This document shows positions 19,586 to 27,405 of a DNA stretch of 64,000 bases, one piece after another. This DNA is from a virus, in the IMG/VR virus record IMGVR_UViG_3300036861_001106, positions 32,001 to 96,000 of that record, one strand, 5' to 3'. Positions within the stretch are counted from its first letter, which is position 1. Each line of letters begins with the position of its first letter. Below the pieces are notes generated by a model that did not search any database, was not told the origin of the DNA, and saw only the letters and a list, made by a program, of their open reading frames with translations. The position numbers and the translations under genes are program-made.

Positions 19586-20161
19586 ATGGAGCGACGGGAC
19601 CTGTTTCGCAAGGCACTTGGCGCGGTTGCTGGCACAGCCTCGGCGCTGCTGGTGGGCCGCTACGTTGACCCGCCGGTGAGCGTGGCACGGCTGGAGGCGA
19701 CAGCCCTGGCGCCAGCCACGTTGGGGTTCTCCAGCCCGCCGCTTGAGCCGGGCAGCGTTGAGTGGTACTTTGCGGACGGCACCCTGAAGGGGACCACCGT
19801 GGTGCCCATCATCAATTACAAGGAAGATAGTGATCGCTACTTCATCCTTGCTGGTCACGTGCCGGCCATGTTGCTGGGCCACTGGTCCAAGACCCGGGTG
19901 CTTGACGTCGGTCTTGCCTGGACGTACTTGCACGGTGAGCGCGGTGACCTGACCCTGGGTGTGCCGGCAACTGGTCCGCTGGCCCCGGGGACCCTCTTCA
20001 TGTGGGCGGAGGGTCCGGCGGCTGGCCGCTGGGGCGTCGTGACCAAGCCCTACCTGCAGTTGCCAAGCATCCAGCGCCATCTGGCGGACGGGAACTTCGA
20101 GGCGATGCTGGCCACCGAGGAGGGTCGTGTCCTCCTCGTGCACCGCAGCCAACTGGGCTGA
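19586..20161 (+). CDS. hypothetical protein with Tat-like signal
   Basis: MERRDLFRKALGAVAG followed by a hydrophobic stretch. Confidence 0.6.
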   Translation: MERRDLFRKALGAVAGTASALLVGRYVDPPVSVARLEATALAPATLGFSSPPLEPGSVEWYFADGTLKGTTVVPIINYKEDSDRYFILAGHVPAMLLGHWSKTRVLDVGLAWTYLHGERGDLTLGVPATGPLAPGTLFMWAEGPAAGRWGVVTKPYLQLPSIQRHLADGNFEAMLATEEGRVLLVHRSQLG

Positions 20162-20172
20162 GGGAGACCACC

Positions 20173-20340
20173 ATGACACTCAACCTGCTGCAGACTGTCG
20201 ACGCCCCGGAGAAGCCCATGGACCCGACGGCCCCGTGGTGGCCCAGGGAGGAGCCCCTGGCGCCGCCCACGGAGCCGGACGTGCCCTACGAGGCGCCGCC
20301 GGCGGACGATGAGCCGGACGACGATGAGGATGACGACTAG
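20173..20340 (+). CDS. small acidic Pro-rich protein
   Basis: GGGAG RBS, ATG at 20173. Confidence 0.5.
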   Translation: MTLNLLQTVDAPEKPMDPTAPWWPREEPLAPPTEPDVPYEAPPADDEPDDDEDDD

Positions 20341-21203
20341 CCGAAGCGGAGCTGGTCCCGGTACTTCGGGAGCGCCAGGTAGTGGTCCAGGACCCGCTGG
20401 CGCTTCCGGGGGAGGTAGATCGTGGCCCCCTCGTAGAGGAGGTTCACGATGGGGAGGCACTGAGCGTTGCCGTGAAACTGCAGCTTCCAGGCGGTCTTGC
20501 TGTTCTTGGCAGCGACGGTGTGACCACCAATCTCTGGTAGTTCGATTTTCAGATACTCATGTGCAGCCTTGGCAAATGCTTCGGTGGACACGATCTTGAT
20601 GGCGGCGTTCGGTGGGCATACCCCATCCTTGCGAGGGCGATTTCCAGCCTGGGATCGAAACATGCCGTCGCCGTCGAAGTAGCCGCGAAGATAATGCGGC
20701 TGCAAACGCCACGAGATGAAGTGCCAGGTAAGCTTTGTCGTCTTTCCTGGTATGATGCCAAATTTCTCAACATCTCGTAGAAGGTTGACCGAAACCAATG
20801 CGAGCCGGCTCGTGGGGTGTCCATTCGCAAGGTAATGGTACAGGGGATTTTCACACTCTGTGTCTCTCCTGAAAGACTCCAGGTGATCGGCATCTTTCGA
20901 TGAAAGATTTACGATTACAGAGTTTCTCTGCGGACAGGCGTAGCCGTCTGCAGCAAGGAAACCAAGCCAGTAGGCTTGGCGTTCAGTCTCAATTGAAGAA
21001 AAGTAGCCTTCATTGAGGCTGAACTTTCGCTGGCAAGCTGATCGGTCGCGCCTAGTTATGCCTGCCATTTTCAGACAGGCGTAGATTGGCATCTCTGAGC
21101 AGCCAAACAAAGCAGCGAGTTCGTAGGCGCTCTTGCCCTCTCGGTAGAGACGGCAAACGACTTCCTTCTGACATTCTGTGAGATGGCCTCTGTAGTTGCT
21201 CAT
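20337..21203 (-). CDS. free-standing double-motif LAGLIDADG homing endonuclease with N-terminal HTH
   Basis: AYWLGFLAADG and YLRGYFDGDG; lower GC; own promoter. Confidence 0.9.
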   Translation of the reverse strand: MSNYRGHLTECQKEVVCRLYREGKSAYELAALFGCSEMPIYACLKMAGITRRDRSACQRKFSLNEGYFSSIETERQAYWLGFLAADGYACPQRNSVIVNLSSKDADHLESFRRDTECENPLYHYLANGHPTSRLALVSVNLLRDVEKFGIIPGKTTKLTWHFISWRLQPHYLRGYFDGDGMFRSQAGNRPRKDGVCPPNAAIKIVSTEAFAKAAHEYLKIELPEIGGHTVAAKNSKTAWKLQFHGNAQCLPIVNLLYEGATIYLPRKRQRVLDHYLALPKYRDQLRFG

Positions 21204-21208
21204 ATCGG

Positions 21209-21237
21209 AGTCTACAGATTTTGTCTCCAAATGTCAA
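21209..21237 (-). promoter_or_regulatory. sigma70-type leaderless promoter of the LAGLIDADG gene
   Basis: TTGACA-17-TAGACT-5 nt-ATG. Confidence 0.7.
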
Positions 21238-21295
21238 CTGGCTGCCACGACTTTTTGCGGGAGCGTGGCTAAAAAGTGAAAGGAGGTGCGGTCTC

Positions 21296-22269
21296 ATGGC
21301 CGCTACCTTTCTCGTGGAACCAGCGTAACGGAGCGAGCGGCACGGCGACAGACCTCGGATCAAGCGGAAATTTGGCTTCAAGAAGTTGGCCCCTCGCGTA
21401 GGAATGCGTGAGTGAAAACGGCGTGAATTGCGGGAAGCCTACAGCGAAGGCCATGGTAATCCGCAGCCAAGCTCGACAGGGCACTGGTTGTCGAGAAGGT
21501 TCAGAGACTAGAGGGTGAGTCCCAACAATAAGCCCTCCACGAGCGCGCCGCACCCAGATCGGGTGATGAGATAGTCCAAGCATCGGGGAAACCCGGTGAA
21601 CTAGAACTTCAAGACCACGGACACGACGGGGATTGGAGATTACGCCGCGAATCCGGTCTCAGCCGGCTCGAACTCAATGGAAGTCGTACTGCGGATGCAC
21701 TTCACAGGGTCTGCGGCCCCTCCAGCCTGAAAGGGCTGGTCGTGATGGCGTGAATTCGGGGAAGCCTACAGCGAAAGCCATGGTAATCCCGACCCAAGCT
21801 CTCCAGGAATGGTGAGAAGGGCTAGAGACCAGAGCAAGTAGACGAGACCCGTCGAACGCTCCACGAGCGCGCCACACCCCTCGGGGTGATGAGATGGTCC
21901 GACACTCCGTGGAAACGCGGAGAGCCTTGGATAAAGAGCCAAGGTGTAACTGGTGCCTTCAACCGCATCGCCGACTTCCGATTCTGGCAATCGACGGCGT
22001 TCTCGCCGTCCACCGGCTTGCAGGTCTTCTGGTCCGGCACGCAGGTCATCTACCTGCAGCCGACCACCGGCACGTCGTCCATCGCCACGTCGTCCATCCC
22101 GACGACCGACCCTGGCACGGCGAACGTCAGCGTGGGTGGCTCCCTGACCGGATGCCTGACGACATCTGGTTTTACGGACCACATCTACCTTCAGCTCAGG
22201 ACTGCGTCCAACGCTGCGGCAGGTGACACATCGCTCGGAACTTTCACGGGCAGCTACACTGAGAACTAA
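21296..22269 (+). CDS. spliced putative virion protein (~166 aa): exons 21296-21377, 21605-21710, 21956-22269, plus one extra base near codon 5
   Basis: AGGAGGT RBS; joined exons read MAATF/SWNQRNGASGTATDLGSSGNLA|NFKTTD..MHFTG|SFNRIADF..YTEN. Confidence 0.7.
21378..21604 (+). ncRNA. group I intron 1 (no internal ORF, 227 nt)
   Basis: P AATTGCGGGAA, Q AATCCGCAGC, R TTCAGAGACTA, S GAGATAGTCC; P1 GGCU/GGCC with U.G; P10 GAAGUU/AACUUC; terminal G. Confidence 0.9.
21711..21955 (+). ncRNA. group I intron 2 (no internal ORF, 245 nt)
   Basis: P AATTCGGGGAA, Q AATCCCGACC, R CTAGAGACCA, S GAGATGGTCC; P1 GGGU/GCCC; terminal G restores the frame. Confidence 0.85.
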
Positions 22270-22270
22270 G

Positions 22271-22465
22271 GTGCGTGCCACTGTCAGAATCCTGATCGCT
22301 GCCCTGGCCCTCTTTGCCAGCGCCTTCTGGCTCGCGCTCTCCGGCGTCATCTGGCTCGACTGCCCGTGGCTCGGTGCCCTGATGGGGGCCCTCGGGGGGC
22401 TCGCCTTTGGGGCGGCCCTCTGGCTGCTCGGGGTGCTCGACGAGGGGGCCAATGGCGCACACTGA
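22271..22465 (+). CDS. small two-TM membrane protein
   Basis: two hydrophobic segments. Confidence 0.5.
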   Translation: MRATVRILIAALALFASAFWLALSGVIWLDCPWLGALMGALGGLAFGAALWLLGVLDEGANGAH

Positions 22466-22673
22466 GCTGATGCAGGTCACCTTCAGCGGGTACTGCTGGC
22501 GCTGCGGGGTGCGGCGGTTCAACGAGGTCTGCCTGGAGTGGCCGGTGCCCAAGGACTGGCTCGTCAGGGCCATCACGCGGCTGGAGGGGAGGGGCTGGTG
22601 CTTCGTCGATGGCACCAGCGAACACACCGCGCGGGCGTACTGCAAGCAGTGCGTGGAGGCCACGGAGGGGTGA
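22452..22673 (+). CDS. small Zn-ribbon protein
   Basis: CWRC..CKQC. Confidence 0.55.
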   Translation: MAHTELMQVTFSGYCWRCGVRRFNEVCLEWPVPKDWLVRAITRLEGRGWCFVDGTSEHTARAYCKQCVEATEG

Positions 22674-22933
22674 TGAGCCTGCGCGAGACCAACTTCGTCC
22701 TGGCGCAGCGAGCGCCCACCAGTAGCACCCTGCGGCTGGAGACGGCAAGCGGCGACCTGGTGACCGCGCGACCCTGGGACCGCGTCAAGGTCCCCCTGCT
22801 GGTGCGGTGGTGTGGCCGGGTGTTTCAATTTCAGTTCAACTCCTGCCACAGCCGCATTCACAACTTCCGCGAGCTGGCCCCCGAGGACGCGGCAACTGCC
22901 GTGGGGAGCTTTGAGGTGCACGAGCTTGAGTAG
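22673..22933 (+). CDS. hypothetical protein
   Basis: TGATG coupling, GGAGG RBS. Confidence 0.55.
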   Translation: MSLRETNFVLAQRAPTSSTLRLETASGDLVTARPWDRVKVPLLVRWCGRVFQFQFNSCHSRIHNFRELAPEDAATAVGSFEVHELE

Positions 22934-22943
22934 AGGAGGTTCC

Positions 22944-23738
22944 GTGACCGAGATTGAGCTGACCGAGGCCCCCCGGGAGGGTGAGGCGCAGCGCGGGGAC
23001 TTTCGCATCCAGATTGCCCCATGCAACGTGACGGGGGAGCGCGCGAAGGTCATCAGCCACATGGCGGGCACCATCGACCTGGAGCTGGACAGCGGGGAGC
23101 AGAAGTCCCTCGACGTCTGGGTGAGCTACAGCGCCGAGGGGCTGGCGACGCTGCAGCGGACCCTGGAGGCAAGCCCCTTCCCGGTGGACCTGCCGACGGC
23201 GGAGGAGATTCGGAAGAACGTGAAGTACCAGTGGGTGGCGCACTACGCTGACGGGGAGGTTGTGGCGCAGTTCCCAGACGACCTGAACCTGGGGCACCTG
23301 GACCTGCCGCGCGTGCAGCGCCTCGTGCTTGAGCCGCGGGGGGAGAACGTCGACGGGCTGCCCCACTTCTGCCTGGACCGGCAGTGCGGCTTCCAGTACC
23401 TGGACCTGACGGGCATGTGGCAGCCCCTCTGTGACAAGGCGACGCGGGCCCCGTTGCCCTGCCCCACGGTGCCCTTCCACCTGGAGTACCAGCGCCGCGT
23501 GCACGTGACCTTCGTCGCGGGTCCCGGGGTGGAGGAGTGCTTCCCCCCGAGCGTGCGCCAGGAGCTGGGGTGGCGCGTCGACTGCCTGCACGGCGACGCG
23601 CAGGAGACCTGGTTCATGATCGCCGTCGAGGACAGCGACGGGACGTGGCAGGTGTGCCGCCAGGAGCCCGTGGGGTCACGGCACTTTGGCCCGCGGGTGA
23701 TCCCGGGTGACGTGCGGTTCATGGAGCCCTACGGGTGA
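22944..23738 (+). CDS. hypothetical protein
   Basis: GAGGAGG RBS, GC3 bias, W.A.Y.DG motif. Confidence 0.65.
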   Translation: MTEIELTEAPREGEAQRGDFRIQIAPCNVTGERAKVISHMAGTIDLELDSGEQKSLDVWVSYSAEGLATLQRTLEASPFPVDLPTAEEIRKNVKYQWVAHYADGEVVAQFPDDLNLGHLDLPRVQRLVLEPRGENVDGLPHFCLDRQCGFQYLDLTGMWQPLCDKATRAPLPCPTVPFHLEYQRRVHVTFVAGPGVEECFPPSVRQELGWRVDCLHGDAQETWFMIAVEDSDGTWQVCRQEPVGSRHFGPRVIPGDVRFMEPYG

Positions 23739-23967
23739 GCCCCGAGGTGATCCTCCTCGACTTCTGGTGGCGCCTGCGCTGGCCGGCGCTGTGGCGGCTG
23801 CAGTGCTGACCGACGTGGAGCGGGCCGAGGCGCGCCTGCGGGCCGCCGCCGCCGTGGCGGACGAGCGGGACCGCACGACCGTGCGGGGCAGCGACCTGCA
23901 GCTCCTGCTGGTGCTGCTGACCAGCCTGCGGGAGCTGCTGGCGGACTGTCGACCGAGGGACTAATTG

Positions 23968-25665
23968 ATGGCTTGGCTTGTGGGTAGCTCAGACATTGCC
24001 AACCTCCGCGCGGACCTGTACGCCCTGTTGAGTGGCACCATGGCGGCTGGCACGCGCGGTGGTGGCCAGGCGGGCAATGGCGTCACCGTCGGTGGCACTG
24101 ACGCCTGGACGGCACTGGACGGGACCAACTTCATCATCCGCAGCCAGCGCACGGAGAGCCCCTGGACCTCGGAGTATGGACTCTACCGCGGCGCCCCCCG
24201 CTTCGCCGCCCGCACCACCAGCACAGTCTTCCAGTCCGCCATCCAGACGCAGCTTGGCAAGCCTGCCTTCAGCGGGGCCTACTCGGGTGGCACCGCGCGG
24301 GTCTACCTCGCGGCCTTCGTCTCGACGGCCAACGGCACCCCGGGCTCCCTGACGGGCACCGTCATCACCTGGACCCTGGTGAATGCCGACACGGCGGCCA
24401 CTGTGGCCTCTGGGACGACGAGTGCCTGGTCCGGGTCCACTGACACCAAGCTCATTACCAATGGCATCTCCCTCACGCTCACCCTCGGCGGCAGCGACCA
24501 GTTCGTGGGTGGTGCCAACGCCGTGCTCTGGCTGCGCGGCTACACCACCACGTTCACGCAGGGCATCGACTACTTCCCCGAGGCAGCAAACATCACCGGG
24601 GGCATCACGGTCTCCAACACCAGCGGGGGCAGCAACAACTACACGGGCGGTGGCACGGACTACACGCTGGTGCAGCAGGTGCACACGCACCCCATCGCCG
24701 TCGCCGACGCCAACACGATTGCCCCCTTCAGTGCCATCCTCGACTGGGGTGGCAACGGCTGTGGCTGCGGCATCGCCTGGAACGCAGGTGGCTCCCCGCC
24801 GGCAGTGGGGGCCAACTACTTCATCCCGGCGGACTACTCGCTGTACGGTGCTTACTACCAGGTGCCCAACCTCGTGGCCTCCACCGACTACAAGCTGACC
24901 GGGGCACCCATGGACGCGTGGGATGCCACGCTGGCGGTGGGCCGGTGGGTGATGACCAGCTCGACCACGACGCCCAAGTCCACGGTCAACACCACCCTGT
25001 TCTACGGCCGCGTGTTCAGTGGTGTGGGCCAGCCGACGAGTACCTTCATCAACTTCTGGATCAGCGTCAAGTCGGACAAGATCGTCATCATCCTCCGGGG
25101 TGACCCGGGGCAGAGTGGGCAGGTGACGATGCTGACGCTGCAGCGCGCCACAGCACTGGTGGCTGCCGACAAGCACCCGTGGCTCTTCGCCTGCACGGGC
25201 TCGGCACCGAGCACCGACGGCTGGTTCGCCTACGAGGTGACCTCGAAGTACACCTACGAGCAGCCCTACTACGGGACACCCGCCACGACCGTGACGAGCC
25301 TGGGGCTGGCAATGTGGTCTGGCCTCCTCTCCAGCAACGCAGGCCGCACCGTGTTCGCCGGCATCCCCACGGCCAGCCTGCCGATTCAGAACCCCAACAA
25401 CTTCGACCTGCGGTTCTGGCTCTACTCCATCTACCCCTACTGCCTCAAGGGGGGCAGCAACCTCGCAGGCACCTTCGACGTGACCAAGAACGCTGGCATC
25501 CGCAGCAAGCTGCAGGGCATCTGGGTCATCGCCCTGGACAACTTCTCCTCCCTGGACACTCTGGCTGACAGCTCGGGGAACTACCTGCTCTTCACCCCCA
25601 ACTCGGCCTTCGGGGCAGGCTCGGGGTCACAGGCGTACACAGACCTGGGCGTTTTGAACGAATAG
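23968..25665 (+). CDS. putative minor tail/receptor-binding virion protein
   Basis: Ser/Thr/Gly-rich beta composition in the tail module. Confidence 0.6.
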   Translation: MAWLVGSSDIANLRADLYALLSGTMAAGTRGGGQAGNGVTVGGTDAWTALDGTNFIIRSQRTESPWTSEYGLYRGAPRFAARTTSTVFQSAIQTQLGKPAFSGAYSGGTARVYLAAFVSTANGTPGSLTGTVITWTLVNADTAATVASGTTSAWSGSTDTKLITNGISLTLTLGGSDQFVGGANAVLWLRGYTTTFTQGIDYFPEAANITGGITVSNTSGGSNNYTGGGTDYTLVQQVHTHPIAVADANTIAPFSAILDWGGNGCGCGIAWNAGGSPPAVGANYFIPADYSLYGAYYQVPNLVASTDYKLTGAPMDAWDATLAVGRWVMTSSTTTPKSTVNTTLFYGRVFSGVGQPTSTFINFWISVKSDKIVIILRGDPGQSGQVTMLTLQRATALVAADKHPWLFACTGSAPSTDGWFAYEVTSKYTYEQPYYGTPATTVTSLGLAMWSGLLSSNAGRTVFAGIPTASLPIQNPNNFDLRFWLYSIYPYCLKGGSNLAGTFDVTKNAGIRSKLQGIWVIALDNFSSLDTLADSSGNYLLFTPNSAFGAGSGSQAYTDLGVLNE

Positions 25666-25688
25666 TTCGGCTGTAAAAGGAGTGCGCA

Positions 25689-26054
25689 ATGGCCTCGTTT
25701 GACTTCAACCAGACCGCCGCCGTGATCGACGGCACGACGACCACAACCTACCAACCAGTCGACTTCACCGACGCCAATGTCGCAAAGCATCTGGAGAAGG
25801 ATGTGAACGTCGCCGCGCTGGCCACGGACGCGGAGATCAGCCTGGACGGGCTGACGGTGAAGCACCTGCGGCTGGTCTGCGGGGCCACCATCTCCGTGAA
25901 GCTGAACGGCACGGGCAACACGGCCATCGCGTTGACCCCGAACGCCGACCACCCGGCGGTGCTGTGCCTCATCGGGTGCAACGTGACGTCGATTCACGTG
26001 ACCAACACCGGCGCCTCCGCCGTGGAGTTGAAGCTGATCGCAATGGCTGAGTAG
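25689..26054 (+). CDS. putative virion protein
   Basis: AAGGAG RBS; beta-rich. Confidence 0.55.
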   Translation: MASFDFNQTAAVIDGTTTTTYQPVDFTDANVAKHLEKDVNVAALATDAEISLDGLTVKHLRLVCGATISVKLNGTGNTAIALTPNADHPAVLCLIGCNVTSIHVTNTGASAVELKLIAMAE

Positions 26055-26063
26055 AGGAGGAAC

Positions 26064-26267
26064 ATGGGCAACTGGGCAATCACCATCCAGGGCATTGGTG
26101 CCCATCACAACAAGCTTAACTCGGGCGACGCCAACCGGATGGCCCGGAGATTTGTCCGGCAGTTGCGGAACGCGGGGCACACCGTCGTGCGGGCTGACTT
26201 CACGCACGGGGCCAACGAGGACCTCTGCGACGAGCACCTGGCACACCCGGACGATCGGCTAAAGTAA
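26064..26267 (+). CDS. hypothetical protein
   Basis: GAGGAGG RBS. Confidence 0.6.
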   Translation: MGNWAITIQGIGAHHNKLNSGDANRMARRFVRQLRNAGHTVVRADFTHGANEDLCDEHLAHPDDRLK

Positions 26268-26298
26268 GATTCTTCACGCGCGGCGAAAGGAGTAGGCA

Positions 26299-27201
26299 AT
26301 GCCCGAGCAGACCCTCGACATGCGCGCCTACATCTTGCCGCGCTACACCCCCACGGCCTTTGGTGACGCCCCGGACGACAGCATCGGTGGCATCGCCACC
26401 ACCGACGCGCCCCCCGCGCTCGACTACTACGAGGGTGAGCAGGAGCAGGCCACCACCCGCGGCGACGCCAGCCTCCCCGTCTACATCTGGGACCTGGGCG
26501 TGCCCACGGTCGGTGGCGTCGTCACCGTGCGCCTGCGGATGCGGGCCAACATCCGCAAGACGCAGGAGCAGACGATCCAGCTCCGCGCCAAGGTCACCAA
26601 CCAGGTCCTGCGGCAGATCCAGATTCGTGCCTACGTCGTGCGCCCGGTGCGAAAGACCATCAGGATGCGAGCCCGGATCTTCACGGGCGTCTCCACCAAG
26701 ACCATCCGCCTGCGCGCGAACGTCCGCAACACGGTGACCCGCACGCTCACCATGCGTGCGTCGATCCAGCGGCCCAACTTCCAGATTCAGCTCCGGGCCA
26801 GGATCACCAAGGCGGTGTCGCAGACCATCCAGCTCCGCGCGGCCATCACCCCGCAGACCCTGCAGAAGATCGATCTTAGGGCCAACATCCAGGCAGTGGC
26901 CACACAGTCGCTGCAGATGAGGGCAAGAATCCAGCCCTTCACCGACCTGCAGATGCGGGCGAGGATCCGGCAGGTCGTCTCGACTACGCTGGAGCTGACC
27001 TGGAACGCCGCCGAGCCCCTGCGGTCGCCGCTGCTCCTCACCTGGAACGCGGGCGAGGGCACGCGGACGTCACACGTCATCACGATGCGCGCGATGATCG
27101 TCAGCCCACGCAGCACGACGGTGGAGCTGGAGTGGCGGGTGGAGGCGCCGGTACCCGAGGGGCCGGTCACGGAGCCGATTCAGAAGCTGGAGACACCCTG
27201 A
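26299..27201 (+). CDS. tail-associated protein with ~14-aa [IL]x[LM]RAxI repeats
   Basis: about 13 repeat copies. Confidence 0.7.
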   Translation: MPEQTLDMRAYILPRYTPTAFGDAPDDSIGGIATTDAPPALDYYEGEQEQATTRGDASLPVYIWDLGVPTVGGVVTVRLRMRANIRKTQEQTIQLRAKVTNQVLRQIQIRAYVVRPVRKTIRMRARIFTGVSTKTIRLRANVRNTVTRTLTMRASIQRPNFQIQLRARITKAVSQTIQLRAAITPQTLQKIDLRANIQAVATQSLQMRARIQPFTDLQMRARIRQVVSTTLELTWNAAEPLRSPLLLTWNAGEGTRTSHVITMRAMIVSPRSTTVELEWRVEAPVPEGPVTEPIQKLETP

Positions 27202-27398
27202 TGCCAAGTTCAGAGGACTTTGAGCGGGTGCGCCCTCTCCTGCGGGAGGCAGCGCACTTGTGGAGCAACTACCGCGACTTCTACCGTCACTTGACGGTGG
27301 AGGAAAGGGTTTACTGCCTCCCACCCTCCCTGGTGGAAGATTTTGAACGGCTGGGGAAGGTGATCGGCGACGTCGATCTGACCATGGCTGACATCTAG
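27201..27398 (+). CDS. hypothetical protein
   Basis: TGATG coupling. Confidence 0.5.
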   Translation: MPSSEDFERVRPLLREAAHLWSNYRDFYRHLTVEERVYCLPPSLVEDFERLGKVIGDVDLTMADI

Positions 27399-27405
27399 GG
27401 GCTAA

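Noticed and set aside
21886-21955. ORF-track start for 21886-22269
   Set aside because: The first 23 codons are intron 2 P8-P9 sequence; coding resumes at 21956
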